64,000 nt of DNA from Hemiscyllium ocellatum (taxonomy: Eukaryota). The notes beneath the pieces are model-generated. The model was given only the letters and a program-made list of their open reading frames with translations. It made no database searches and was not told where the DNA came from. The DNA is taken from assembly GCF_020745735.1 (NCBI RefSeq), contig NC_083402.1, positions 42,856,004 to 42,920,003 of the forward strand. Direction: 5' to 3'. Positions 1 to 26,727 of the stretch are shown piece by piece; positions within the stretch are counted from its first letter, which is position 1, and every line of letters starts with the position of its first letter. The translations under genes were made by a program, and so were the position numbers.

Positions 1-1531
1 ATTACTGGAAAAACTCAGCACGTCCACAAGCATCTGTGGAAAGAAAGCAGAATTAACACTTCAGTTTCAGAGAGCCTTCTCGGCTTGCTGGGTTTTTACA
101 GCAATTTCTGTTTTTGTTTTTATACATTGCATGTTATATTTTCTGGCTCTCAGATTAAACATAATCCCACTTTGGACTCAAAATATTGGAGCTTCATCAT
201 GTATATTTCTTGCTGTTCTCCTAGTGACTGATGGACAGGTGCATTATTACTTGGCACATAACTGATTTGCACACAGTAACACAACAATTAGCCCCTAGTT
301 ATCAACAATAATATTACACATAAACAAATATTTATACAGTGGCATTTGGTGCATGGTGCAAAACCATTATGCAGGAACTCATATGTACAAATTGGGAAAC
401 CAAAAACCAAAAGGCAAGATTGAACAAGGAAAGTGATTGGTGATACAGGCAAATAAATTAAAGGATTCCATATCTTGATTTTATTTTCCTTTATTCTTTC
501 AAGAGCGTGGACATCACTAGCAGAGATGGTACTTGTTGCCAATTCTTAATTGTCCTGGAAAGCACCTATTAGAAAACCACTGTGGCTGACAGTTTGGAGT
601 CACACTTTGGGTTGGAACAAACAGTTTAAAACTAGGTGGAAAATGAAGCTTCAATTCGGTAAACCGATTTTTGGGGGATAGGGGAAAGAAAGAGAAGAAT
701 ATAGAACTTGATAGACATTAGCATTCCCGACCGAGTGATTTTGACAAGATGAAACAACAGGTCAGACCGACGGAACTTTTGGGCAATAAATCCCAGAGAA
801 GTGAGTTGGGATTTTAATACCTCAAGCGTACAAATAGCAGCACAAAAGGGAAAAGGTAAATGCAGCATGGGAAACAGACAGATACACGGCAAAGAGAACA
901 TTGCAATCTACTTCTACCTGCTCAGAAGACAGGTGGGAGATTCTTGGTTTCTACCAACATTGTTCCGCCTGTAATCAGAGTGAAGGGAATACCTACTCCT
1001 TACGTAAAACGCTGAATTTACTGAAGCAGCGGATCTGGATGGGGTCCCCAGACTTGCAGCGCAGAGCCCGGCTCCTTCTTGGACCATGGCCCCGAGGCCG
1101 GGACAAAAATCGAAAGCCTTTAAGGGGCACAGAGTGTTAGTGCACCCGCCAGGACACAGCATTATCAAGTTGAAATGACCTGTCCACACATACCTGCCAA
1201 ACAAGTCACAATTTTCACGGAAACAGCCCGGACTCTCACTTCCCTCCGTCCGGTTTAAAAAACTCCAACTGCACTCCGGGGGCCTTCCTGCCACCGGCGC
1301 AGGCTGTTAGCTATCTTCAGATGTGCCTGTAGTCCTTCCATGTTAGAGCAACGAGATAGTGAACCTTTGTTTTCCGCTCAGGTCAGTCGCAAACCGGACC
1401 GGGCTCAATCTGTTAGTATTTAATTTCTTGAATCAGTTCAGATGATCGTGGAAAGGACAGGCCATGACGTGCATACAGATGGTCAGGACCAAGGTAAGGA
1501 CCCCAGGAGTCCGACCACACGCGCCTGGGAC

Positions 1532-14999
<13,468 letters not shown>

Positions 15000-16012
15000 A
15001 TGTTGGCAATTGTCAACGTCCTTGTACTAAAACAAAGGACTTGTGTATAAATGGCAAATGTAATCTGACATAGCTGATTTCATTGAACTGTCTTTACAGT
15101 GGTATTTTCAGCAGCAGATAAAACAAAGGACTTTTAGGCTATATAAAGATTTAATTAATTGTCAAATATTTACATTTAAAATTCGTGGTGTTCATTGTAA
15201 ATATTTTGCTTCTGAATGAATGTGTGAAGATGAAGAAAGACTGCATTTTTTCATTTATAAATTGTCTATTTCAAACAAACCACTTATGTAAATAAGACTT
15301 TAAAAAAATGATGAATTTTGAAAATATTGTACATTGAGAAGAGAGACAAGTTTTAGAAGCTTTTCATCAGGACATGTGCAAGAATGTCAAATTTACACCA
15401 ACTGTGTTCCCAGTGCTTTCTCCATGGCAATCAATCAGAATGTTTGTCTCCTGTAGTGTAAGTTATTGGTTGTCCAAGTTTGGCAAACTTGTGTTTGTGC
15501 TGATGAATAAGTTCTATATGTGTTCAAAATACACTATCCCATATCCCCCTTTGAAAGGCAAATTTAATTTAAGCTAGGTGAGGTATTAAACTTGAACAGG
15601 AAAGCTTGGATACAATTACTGCACCAAGGTGACTGGACATTTGTTCAAAGTAGGTGTGACCATTGACTCACATTTAATATGTTTCAATTTACTCGGTGTT
15701 AGATTTTAAATTAAAATCAAAAGAATACTTCATGCATAAAGTACTTATCCTGTTTTCTCTATTCTAATTTATTAATCTCAATTAAAGGTGTTGGTTGTAT
15801 TTCCCTAATAATGTTTGTTACTGCTTTATTTACTGCTTTACTGTTTTTTCCATTAACTGGAAGGAATGTTCTGATTAATTCAATGTTTATCTTGATCTAT
15901 TTTTCCAATATGTAACTTGTCATGCAGGACACAAAAAAAAACATTTCTATCAAGCAGATATGTAAACTTTTCAATTTAAAAGTTTGGAATAGTGATATAG
16001 TGATATTTCTAA

Positions 16013-16018
16013 AATAAA
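16013..16018 (+). terminator. Candidate AK6 polyadenylation signal AATAAA
   Basis: AATAAA about 1 kb after the AK6 stop, at the end of an AT-rich, repeat-free tract just before CR1 sequence; not verified by transcript data. Confidence 0.35.
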
Positions 16019-16099
16019 ATATTCAATAGAAAAATTACAACAGGCATGGTATTCTAAAAAATTCCACTGCCACCACATTTTTTTTTTTATTCGGTGTGA

Positions 16100-17530
16100 T
16101 CCAGGAGCAAGAGTTGCAGGAGCCTCCGCCCCAGTCGCAGGTTAAAGAGTTTTGCTCTCTGTATGGACAGGAATGGGAACTGCAGGGAGGATGAGCTGAT
16201 TGCCCACAGCACTGTGGTGAGGGAACTATTCAAGAAGAGAAATGTCATTGTAATTGGGGATAATATAGGACACTGTTCTCTGTCACCAGAATCGGGAGTC
16301 TTCAAAGGTTGTGTTGCCTGTCTGGTGCTCAGATTCAGGATATCTCGTTTGGACTGCAAAGGAACTTGGAGGGCGAGGGTAAAGATCTAGTGGTTGTAGT
16401 CCTCGAAGGTACCAAAGACATAGATAAAACTAGCGCAGAGGTTCTGCTAAGGGAGTATGAACACAGCCAGGAGCTAAATTAAGAAACAAACAAAAAGGTA
16501 TTAATCTCTGGATGACTACTTGAGCCACGAGCTAATTGGCACAGTCATTTAGATTAAGGAGGTAAATGCGTAGCTCAAAGATTGATGTGGGAGAAATGGG
16601 TTTGAATTCATGGAACGTTGGCACCAGTGCTGGGAAAGAAGGGATCTGTTCTGAAAGGATGGTCTTCATCTGAACTGTGCTGGGATCAGAGTCCTACCAT
16701 ATCACATTACTAGGGCTGTAGACAGGACTTTCAACTTAATAACTGAGGGAGAGGGTTCAGTTATAGGGGAAGTTAGAAAACCTGAATTAGAGAAGGATGT
16801 AAGAGTGCAGAACTCAGGGGAAGTTACTAAAATCTCCAGCACAGACACAAATAGGAGAAGAATGTTTGGAAAGGGTTTACAAACAAACTTCAAGCATACT
16901 GGACAAACGAATGATAATAAGAAGAGGAAGAGTTAATATAGGACAAAAGGTGTTATATCTGAAATGATGCAGTAAAAGGAACAAGGTAAATTAGATTGTG
17001 GTGCAGATCGAAATTGGCAGGTATGACATAGTGGGCATCGCCGAGACGTGGCTGCAAGGGGATTAGGTTTGGGAGCTGAATATTCAAGGATATGCATCCT
17101 ATTGAAAAGATAGGTAAATGGACAGAGGAGATGGGATAGCAAGTGAAATTAAATCAATAGTGAGAAACACAGTAGGGTGAGATGATGTAGAATCTGTGTG
17201 CATAGAATTGAGGAACCACATAGATAAAAAACCATAGTTGGAGTTATGTGCAGGCCTCCAAACAGTGGTCTGGAGCTGGTGTGAAATATACACCCGCATA
17301 CAGGAAAGATGTGTAAGGCCAAGTTATAGTGATCATGGGGGATTTCAATATGCAGGTGGCTGGGAAAATCAGGTTGGTAGTTGATTTCAAGAAAAGAAAT
17401 TTGTGAAATGTCCACAAGATGGCTTTTTGGAGCAGTTTGTGGTGGAGCCCAGCAGAGAACAGTCAATACTGGATTTAGTGTTGTACAGTGAGGCAGACTT
17501 GATAAGAAAGCTTAAGGTGAAGGAAACTTG
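16100..17530 (+). mobile_element. CR1 5' region remnant (ORF1 esterase-like plus APE endonuclease)
   Basis: VIVIGD and VIMGDFN-like remnants. Confidence 0.65.
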
Positions 17531-17533
17531 AGG

Positions 17534-19105
17534 TCATAGAGTCATAGAGATGTACAGCATGGAAACAGACCCTTCAGTCCAAACTATCCATGCTGACCAG
17601 ATATCTCAACCCAATCTAGTCCCACCTCCCAGCACCCGGCCCATATTCCTCCAGACCCTTCCTATTCATATACCCATCCAAATGCCTCTTAAATGTTGCG
17701 ATTGTACCAGCCTCCACCAGTTCCTCATTCCATACACATACTACCCTTTGTGTGAAAACGTTGCCCTGTAGGTATCTTTTATATCTTTCTCCTCTCACCC
17801 TAAACCTATGCCCTCTAGTTCTGGATTCGGTGACCCCAGGGAAAATACTTTGCATATTTACCCTATTCATGCCCCTCATAATTTTGTAAACCTTTATAAT
17901 GCCAAAGTAAATCACTGAGTAGGCCTCAGCGAGAGTATTGTATCCAGTTTTAACTACCATATCTCATAGAGTGTCAAAAACTTGAAGTGAATAGGTAAAG
18001 GGACGGCTGGAAAATGGGAAAGCTTCAGAAATGAGATAAAGAGAATCCAGAGAAAGGTTTTTCCTGTTAGGGTGCAAAGAAAGACTGGTAGGTATAGGGA
18101 ATGTTGGATGACTAAAGAAATTGAGGGTTTGGTTAAAAAAAAGGAAGCAAATGTAAGGTATAGACAGGATAGATCGAGTGAATCCTAAGAGTATAAAGGA
18201 AGTAGGAGTATACTTAAGGGGGAAATCAGGAGGGCAAAAGGGGGCATGAGATAGCTTTGGCAAATAGAATTAAGGAGAATCCGATGGGTTTTTACAAATA
18301 GTTTAAGAACAAAAGGGTAACTAGGGAGAGAATAGGGCCCGTCAAAAATCAGCAAGGTGGCCTTTGGGTGGAGGTGCAGAAAATGGCAGAGATACTAAAT
18401 GAGTATTTACTGTGGAAAAGGATATAGAAGATATAGATTGTAGGGAAATCGATGGTGACATCTTGCAAGATGTCACCAATTACAGAGGAGGTCGTGCTGG
18501 ATGCCTTGAAACGTGTAAAGTTGGATAAATCCCTCGGACCTGATCAGGTGTCCCCTCAAACTCTGTGGGAAGCTAGGGAAATGATTGCTGGGCCTCTTGC
18601 TGAGATATTTGTATCATGGATAGTCACAAGTGAGGTGCCGGAAGACTGGAGGTTGGCTAACGTGGTGTCACTGTTTAAGAAGCTGAACAGGCTGGGACTG
18701 TTTTCTCAGGAGCATCGGAGGCTGAGGGGTGGTCTTATAGAGGTTTACAAAATTATGAGGGACATGGATAGGGTAAATAGGCAAAGTCTTTTCCCTGGTG
18801 TCAGGGAGTCCAGAACTAGAGGGCATAGGTTTAGGGTGAGAGGGGAAAGATATAAAAGAGATCTTAGTGGCAACCTTTTCACTCAGAGGGTGGTACATGT
18901 ATGGAATGAGCTGCCAGAGGAAGTGGCGGAGACTGGTGCAATTGCAACATTTAAGAGGCATTTGGATGGGTATATGAATAGGAAGGGTTTGGAGGGATAT
19001 GGGCCGGTTGCTGGCAGGTGAGACTAGATTGGGTTGGGATATCTGGTCAGCATTTACGGGTTGGACCGAAGGGTCTGTTTCCATGCTGTACATCTCTATG
19101 ACTCT
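17534..19105. mobile_element. Rearranged CR1 pieces: - strand 3' end, + strand internal part, + strand 3' end
   Basis: CR1 tails at both outer ends in opposite orientation; ORF 18452..19021 joins non-adjacent CR1 ORF2 parts. Confidence 0.75.
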
Positions 19106-19380
19106 AAGGTTACCCCTCAGCCTCCAACTCTCCAGGGAAAACAGCCCCAGCCTGTTCAGCTTCTCCTTATAGCTCAATTCCTCCAACCTTGGCAACATCC
19201 TTGTAAATCTTTTCTGAACCCTTTCAAGTTTAACAACACCTTTCCGATAGGAAGGAGACCAGAATTGCATGCAATATTCTAATGGTGTAAAAAATGAGGT
19301 CTGCAGATGCTGGAGATTACAGCTGAAAATGTGTTGCTGGTCAAAGCACAGCAGGCCAGGCAGCATCTCAGGAATAGGGA

Positions 19381-19416
19381 ATTCGACGTTTCGAGCATAA
19401 GCCCTTCATCAGGAAT
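19381..19416 (-). ncRNA. Minimal hammerhead ribozyme motif (family A)
   Basis: Reverse complement reads ATTC CTGATGA A GGGC ttat GCTC GAAA CGTC GAAT. Confidence 0.8.
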
Positions 19417-19878
19417 GAGAGAGAGTAGCCAAGCAGGCTAAGATAAAAGGTAGGGAGGAGGGACTTGGGGGAGGGGCGATGGAGGTGGGATAGGTGGAAG
19501 GAGGTCAAGGTGAGGGTGATAGGCCGGAGTGGGGTGGGGGCGGAGAGGTCAGTAAGGAGATTGCAGGTTAGGAGGATGGTGCTGAGTTGAGGGAACCGAC
19601 TGAGACAAGGTGGGGGGGAGGGGAAATGAGGAAACTGGAGAAATCTCCAGATTTCTCCAGTTTCCTCATTTCCCCTCCCCCCCACCTTGTCTCAGTCGGT
19701 TCCCTCAACTCAGCACCGCCCTCCTAACCTGCAATCTCCTTCCTGACCTCTCCGCCCCCACCCCACTCCGGCCTATCACCCTCACCTTGACCTCCTTCCA
19801 CCTATCCCACCTCCATCGCCCCTCCCCCAAGTCCCTCCTCCCTACCTTTTATCTTAGCCTGCTTGGCTACTCTCTCTC

Positions 19879-19914
19879 ATTCCTGATGAAGGGCTTATGC
19901 TCGAAACGTCGAAT
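19879..19914 (+). ncRNA. Minimal hammerhead ribozyme motif (family A)
   Basis: ATTC CTGATGA A GGGC ttat GCTC GAAA CGTC GAAT. Confidence 0.8.
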
Positions 19915-20240
19915 TCCCTATTCCTGAGATGCTGCCTGGCCTGCTGTGCTTTGACCAGCAACACATTTTCAGCAATATTCTAACGGTGGCCTAACCAATG
20001 TCCTATACAGCCGCAACATGACCTCCCAACTCCTGTACTCAATACTCTGACCAATAAAGGAAAGCATACCAAACGCCTTCTTCACTATCCTATCTACCCG
20101 CGACTCCACTTTCAAGGAGCTATGAACCTGCACTCCAAGGTCTCTTTGTTCAGCAACACTCCTTAGGACCTTACCATTAAGTGTATAAGTCCTGCTAAGA
20201 TTTGCTTTCCCAAAATGCAGCACCTCGCATTTACCTGAAT

Positions 20241-21167
20241 TAGAACATAGAACATAGAACATAGAAAAATACAGCGCAGTACCTGTTCGGCCCTCGATGT
20301 TGCGCCGATCCAAGCCCACCTAACCTACACTAGTCCACTTTCCTCCATTTGCCTATCCAATGCCCGTTTAAATGCCCATAAAGAGGGAGAGTCCATCAGG
20401 GCATTCCATGAACTCACGACTCGCTGAATAAAGAATCTACCCCTAACATCAGTCCTATACCTACCACCCCTTAATTTAAAGCTATGCCCCTCGTAATATC
20501 TGACTCCATACGTGGAAAAAGGTTCTCATGGTCAACCCTATCTAAACCCCTAATCATTTTGTACACCTCTATCAACCTTCTTTTCTCCAATGAAAACAGC
20601 CCCAAGTGCCTCAGCCTTTCCTCATACGATCTTCCTACCATACCAGGCAACATCCAGGTAAACCTCCTCTGCACCCGTTCCAGTGCCTCCACATCCTTCC
20701 TATAGTATGGTGACCAAAACTGCAAACAATACTCCAGATGCAGCCGCACCAGAGTCTTATACAACTGCAACATGACCTCAGGACTCCGGAACTCAATTCC
20801 TCTTCCAATGAAAGCCAGTACACCATATGCCTTCTTCACAGCACTATTTACCTGGGTGGCAACTTTCAGAGATCTGTGTACATGGACACCAAGATCCCTC
20901 TGCTCATCCACACTACCAAGTATCTGACCATTAGCCCAGTACTCCATCTTCTTGTTATTCTTACCAAAGTGAATCACTTCACACTTAGCTACATTGAACT
21001 CCATTTGCCACCTTTCTGCCCAGCTCTGCAGCTTATCTATATCCTGCTGTAACCTGCCATATCCTTCCTCACTGTCAACAACTTCACCGACTTTCGTATC
21101 ATCCGCAAACTTGCTCACCCAACCTTCTAGCCCCTCCTCCAGGTCATTTATAAAAATGACAAACAGT
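20241..21167 (-). mobile_element. Younger CR1 subfamily 3' fragment nested in the CR1 above
   Basis: Own (TTCTATG)n tail at 20241-65; ORF 20471..21190 RT C-terminus; host CR1 resumes at about 21175. Confidence 0.8.
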
Positions 21168-23619
21168 AAATGACAAACTCCATCTGCCACTTCTCAGCTC
21201 ATTGGCCCATCTGGTCCAGATCCTGTTGTAATCTGAGGTAACCCACTTCACTGTCCACTACACTTCCAATTTTGGTGTCATTTGCAAACTTACTAACTGT
21301 ACCTGTTCTGCTCGCATCCAAATCATTTATATAAATGACAAAAAGTAGAGGACCCAGCACCGATCCTTGTTTCACTTCACTAGTCACAAGCTTCCAGTCT
21401 GAAAAACTACCCTCCACCACCACCCTCTGTCTTCTACCTTTGAGCCAGCTCTGTATCTAAATGGCTAGTTCTCCCTGTATTCTGTGAGATCTAACCTTGC
21501 TAATCAGTCTCCCATGGAGAACCTTGTCAAACGTCTTACTGAAGTCCATCTAGATCACATCTACCACTCTGCCCTCATCAATCCTCTTTGCTACTTCTTC
21601 AAAAACTCAATCAACTTTGTCCGACATGATTTCCCACACACAAAGCCATGTTGACTATCTCTAATCAGTCCTTGCCTTTCCAAATACATGTACATCCTGT
21701 CCGTCAGGATTCCCTCCAACAACTTCCCCACCACCAATGTCAGGCTCATTGGTTTTTAGTTCCCTGGCTTGTCCTTACCACCTTTCTTAAACAGTGACAC
21801 CACGTTAGCCAACTCCAGTCTTCCGGCACCTCAACTGTGACTATCGATGATACAAATATCTCAGCAAGAGGCCCAGCAATCACTTCCCTAGCTTCCCACT
21901 GAGTTCTAGGATACACCTGATCTGGTCCTGGGGATTTGTCCACTTTTATGCATTTCAAGACACTTCCGCCTCTGTAATATAGACATTTTGCAAGATGTCA
22001 CCATCTATTTCCCTTCAGTCTATATCTTCCATATCCTTTTCCACAGTAAATACTGATGCAAAATACTCTTTGAGTATCTCCCCCATTTTCTGCGGCTCCA
22101 TACAAAAGTCGCCTTGCTGATCTTTGAGGGGCCCTATTCTCTCCCTAGTTACCCTTTTGTCCTTAATGTATTTGTAAAAACTCTTTAGATTTTCTTTAAT
22201 TTTATTTGCCAAAGCTATCTCATGTCCCCTTTTTACCCTCCTGATTTCCCTCTTAGATATATTCCTACTGCCTTTATACTCTTCTAAGGATTCACTCGAT
22301 CTATCCTGTCTATACCTGACATATGCTTCCTTCTTTTTCTTAACCAAACCCTCAATTTCTTTAGTCATCCAGCATTCCCTATACCTACCTGCCTTTCCTT
22401 TCACCCTGACAGGAATATACTTTCTCTGGATTCTTGTTATCTCATTTCTGAAGGCTTCCCATTTTCCAGCCATCCCTTTACCTGCGAAAATCTGCCCCCA
22501 ATTAGCTTTTGAAAGTTCTTGCCTAATACCATCAAAATTGACCTTTCTCCAATTTAGAACTTCAACTTTTAGATCTGGTCTGTTCTTTTCCATCACTATT
22601 TTAAATCTAATAGAATTATAGTCGCTGGCCCCAAAGTGCTCCCCCACTGACTCCTCAGTCACCTGCCCTGCCTTATTTCCCAAGAGGAGGTCAAGCTTTG
22701 CACCTTCTCTGGTAGGTACATCCACATACAGAAAGTTGTCTTGTACACACTTAACAAATTCTTCTCCATCTCAACCCTTAACAATATGACAGTCCCAGTC
22801 TATGTTTGGAAAGTTAAAATCCCCTACCATGACCACCCTATTATTCTTACAGATAGCTGAGATTTCCTTACAAGTTTGTTTCTCAATTTCCCTCTGAGTA
22901 TTTGGGGGTCCATAATACAATCCCAATAAGGTAACAATTCCTTTCTTATTTCTCAGTTCCACCCAAATAACTTCCCTGGATGTATTTCAGGGAATATCCT
23001 CCCTCAGCACAGCTGTAATGCTATCCCATATCAAAAATGCCATCCCCCCTCCTCTCTTGCCTTGCTTTCTATCCTTCCTGTAGCATTTGTAACCTGGAAC
23101 ATTAAGCTGCTAGTCCTGCCCATCCCTGAGCCATGTTTCTGTAATTGCTATGATATCCCAGTCCCATGTTCCTAACCATACCCTGAGTTCATCTGCCTTC
23201 CCTGTTAGACCCCGTGCATTGAAATAAATGGAGTTTAATTTATTAGTTCTACCTTGTCCCTGCCTGCCCTGACTGACTCACTTCTGTTCTCAACTGTAGC
23301 AGTCTCAGATTGTGGCAGTGATCATAATTGAATATACTCTGCAATTTGAGAGGGAGAAGATAAAATCAGAGATAATGGTATTACAGCTGAATAAAGGCAA
23401 CTCCAGATGCATGAGGGAGGAGCTGGATAGAATTGACTGGGAGCAGAGCTTAGCAGGAAAGGCAGTGGAACAGCAATGGCCAGAGTTTCTGGAAGTAATT
23501 CAGGAGATACAGCAGAGATTCACCCCGAGGTAAAATGAAGCATGTTGCAGGGAGGATGGGGCAACCATGGCAAACTAGGGAAGTCGAGAAGAGCATAAAA
23601 GCAAAGGAGAAAGTATATA

Positions 23620-24750
23620 CAGAGGAATCTCGAATTTCCGAACAAGATGGGCGGGCACCATTTCGTTTGGATAATTGATTATTCAGTGAATTGATTCAAT
23701 GCCTCTCCTCTGGGGCTTGGAGTTTTCTGAAGTTTCCTTTTTCCTCGCTCTGCCTGTCTGGCTCCCACTCTCTGTCTCAGGGTTTGCTTCTGATCTCCAC
23801 ACCCCACACCCCACCCCCTATCAGTTAAATGGGATTGACACAGGGAGCATTTGCTAAGACCGCTCTCCGTTCAGGAGACGTGGCAACAGCACACTGTACA
23901 CGAGACCCTGTTCGACCCTCGCAGCCCCATCCGACCCTGCTCCCTGTCCGACCCCCCAATCCTGCTCCATGTCCGACCCCCCACCATGTCCAATCTCCCC
24001 CCCCACCCCGCTCCCTGTCCAACCCCCCAATCTCCACCCCCAACCCCACTCCCTGTCCAACCCCCCAATCTCCCCCCCCACCCCGCTCCCTGTCCAACCC
24101 CCCAATCTCCCCCCCAACCCCACTCCCTGTCCAACCCCCCAATCTCCCCCCCCAACCCCGCTCCCTGTCCAACCCCCCAATCTCCACCCCCCAACCCCGC
24201 TCCTGTCTGACCTCTGCACCCCTCTCCCTATCTGACTCCACCCACCTTCCGTCCCTCGATGTCCCCGCCACCGCTGCCATCCGGTCTGTCTGCCACGACC
24301 CCTGTGTCCCACCACACGTTCTGCCTTACCCTCCGGGGCAACTGGACTGGACACTACCAGTAAGACTGCTGCTGCCTTTGGAGGTGAGTCTTTTTGCTGC
24401 AACTTTTTGTCAACTTCCACCTTTGCTCTGCACAGGATAATGTTAGAGAGATTATCTGGAGAAGGGGGGTTTAGGTTACACTCATGTGTAGAACTCTAGG
24501 GAAAGTGTGGGGAGACAGAGAGAAAGACAGCGGTCAGTCATTTGGAGATGGTGCCTGGGCTCCCATCAATGTTCAGGACTGTTCTCGGCAGCATTTCAGT
24601 AAGCTAAGTTTGTTTTTAATCATTGTAAACAAAAGGTGTGATCGGTGTTGGAAACAGCTCTTTGATGTAATGTTTCTATCAGGAATTGAGATCTCCTTCG
24701 GATAATCCGATATTCGGATAATTTATATTCGAATAATTGAGGTTCCTCTG
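23620..24750. mobile_element. Tc1/mariner (Tigger/pogo-like) MITE, second copy
   Basis: TA|CAGAGGAATCTCGAATTTCCGAA ... TTCGAATAATTGAGGTTCCTCTG|TA; TA duplications at 23618-19 and 24751-52; CR1 continuous across the site. Confidence 0.85.
23930..24230. repeat. ~31-bp C-rich minisatellite (ccccaccccgctccctgtccaaccccccaatctc-like units) inside the MITE
   Basis: About 7-8 near-identical tandem units; source of the spurious Pro/Gly-rich ORFs. Confidence 0.9.
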
Positions 24751-26374
24751 TAATATAGCGAAGGACAGTGGGAAACCAGAGGATTGGGAAGCCTACAAAG
24801 ACCAACAAAGGGCAACAAAATATGAAATCAGGAGGGAGAAGATTAAAAACGAGGGTAAGCTAGCCAGTAATATGAAGGAAGACTGTAAGAGTTTCTTTAG
24901 ATATATAAAGAGTTAAAGAGAAACAAAAGTAGATATTTGGGCGACTGGAAAATGACACTGGAGAGATAGTAGCGGGGGACAAGAAAATAGTTGAGGAACT
25001 GAATGATTACTTCATGTCAGTCTTTGTGGTGGAAGACATGAATGATATCCCAAAAATTCAAGAGAGTATGATGGCCAGCACCAATGAGAAGCTGCTAGAA
25101 AAACTGAATGGCTTGAAGGTGGATGAATCACCTGGACCAGATGGACTAAGGGAGAGTTCTAAGGGAGAAAGCTGAAAAGACAGTGGAGGTATTAGTGGTG
25201 ATTTTCAGGAATTGCTAGAGTCAGGGAGGGTCCCAGAGGACTGGAAAATCGCTAACATGACAGCTGCAATAAAAAGTGAGTAAAGCAAAAGACAGAAATT
25301 TACAGACAGATTAGACTCATCTCGGTCTGGTAAACAACCTGGAATCCATTGTGAAGGATGAGATTTCTGAATACTTGGGAATGTGTGGTAAAATAGGGCA
25401 AATTCAACATGGCTTCATCAAGAGGAGGTCATGCCTGACAAACCTGCTAGAATTCTTTGAAGAAGTAATGAGCAAGTTAGACCAAGAAGAGCTAATGGAT
25501 GTTATCTACCTGGACTTCAAGAAGGCCTTTGACAAGGTGCCAGAGAGGAGACTACTGAGTAAGATAAGGGCCCATGGCATCAGAGGCAAGGTGCTCGCAT
25601 GGATAGAAGCCTGGCATGCTGGCAGAAAGCAGAGAATGGGGATAAAAGGGTCTCTCTTAAGATGGCAGCTGGTGACAAGTAGTGTTCTGCAAGGCTCAGT
25701 GTTGGAACCACAACTTTTCACTTTATACATTAACGATCTAGATGAAGGAACTGAGTGTATTCTAGCTAAATTTGCAGATGATATAAAGATAGGTAGAAGG
25801 CCAAGTAGCACTGAGGAGATGGTGAGGCTGCAGCAGGATTTGGACAGGTTAGGAGAGTGGGCAAAGAAGTGGCAGATGGAGTACAACATGGGAAAGTGTG
25901 ACGTCATGCACTCTGGTCGGAAGAATAGAGGCGTGGACTATTTTCTAAACTGGCGAGAAAATTCAGAAGTCTGAAGTGCAAAGAAACTTAGGAGTTCTAT
26001 TCCAGGATTCCCCTGAGGTAAACTTGCAGGTTGAGTCAGTAATTAGGAAGGCAAATGCAATGTTGACATTTGTTTTGAGAGGACTTGAATATAAAAGCAG
26101 GGATGTACTTTTGAGGCTCTATAAGGCTTTCATCAGAGCACATTTGAAATATTGTGCCCAGTTTTGGGCCCCATATCTCAGGAAGGATGTTTTGGCCCAA
26201 AAGCATGTTCAGAGGTCATTCACAAGAATGGTCCCAGGAATGAAAAGCTTAACGTAAGAAACTCTGCGTCTATACTCAATGGAGTTTAGAAGGATGGGAG
26301 GGTGGGGAGGTTGTGAATTTAATTGAAACTTACAGAATACTCAATAGCCAGGGCAGAGTGGATTGTAAAGTACA

Positions 26375-26727
26375 ATATAGAAATCCTACAGTGTGGAAAC
26401 AGGCCCTTTGGCCCAACAAGTCCACACCAATCCTCTGAAAGAGTATCCCACCCAGACCCATTCCCTTACCTGAGTATCCAAAACTTACTCCATAACTAAT
26501 GCACCTAACCTACACATTCCTGAATGTTATGGGCAATTTAGCATGGCCAATTCACCTAATCTGCACATCTTTGGATTGTGGGAAGAAACCAGGGCACCCA
26601 GAGGAAACCCATGCAATCACAGGGAGAATGTGCAAACTCCACAGCTAGTCACCCAAGGCTGGAATCAAACCCGGATCCATGGCGCTTTGAGGCAGTAGTG
26701 CTAACCACTGGGCCACATTGCTGCCCC
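26375..26727 (-). mobile_element. HE1-like SINE nested in CR1
   Basis: Reverse-complement similarity to 7946-8263. Confidence 0.83.

Larger units (their letters stand above)
19288..19971. mobile_element. Fold-back Penelope-like insertion (about 325-bp inverted arms) with 17-bp TSD, nested in CR1
   Basis: 19322..19646 is the reverse complement of 19649..19973 with about 3 mismatches; TSD GCAATATTCTAA(T/C)GGTG at 19271-87 and 19972-88. Confidence 0.88.
19106..23310 (-). mobile_element. Long CR1 ORF2 remnant hosting nested Penelope-like and CR1 insertions
   Basis: ORFs 22771..22962 (GDFNFP), 22015..22725, 21746..21958, 21199..21423, 19969..20319. Confidence 0.85.

Noticed and set aside
1-900. 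RAD17 coding exons
   Set aside because: No recognisable RAD17 peptide on the minus strand; only synteny suggests the gene.
19368-19927. Pair of near-identical 105-aa ORFs on opposite strands
   Set aside because: Consequence of the DNA palindrome; no coding signature.
18452-22725. Long RT/endonuclease-like ORFs (189-239 aa) as functional genes
   Set aside because: Fragmented, chimeric CR1 ORF2 pieces with stops and frameshifts; no intact autonomous element.
23930-24230. CRISPR-like array
   Set aside because: Tandem units without unique spacers, eukaryotic context, no cas genes.
23825-24440. Overlapping Pro-rich and Gly/Trp-rich ORFs up to 203 aa (also 11054-11649)
   Set aside because: Products of a stop-poor C-rich minisatellite inside MITEs; open in many frames on both strands.
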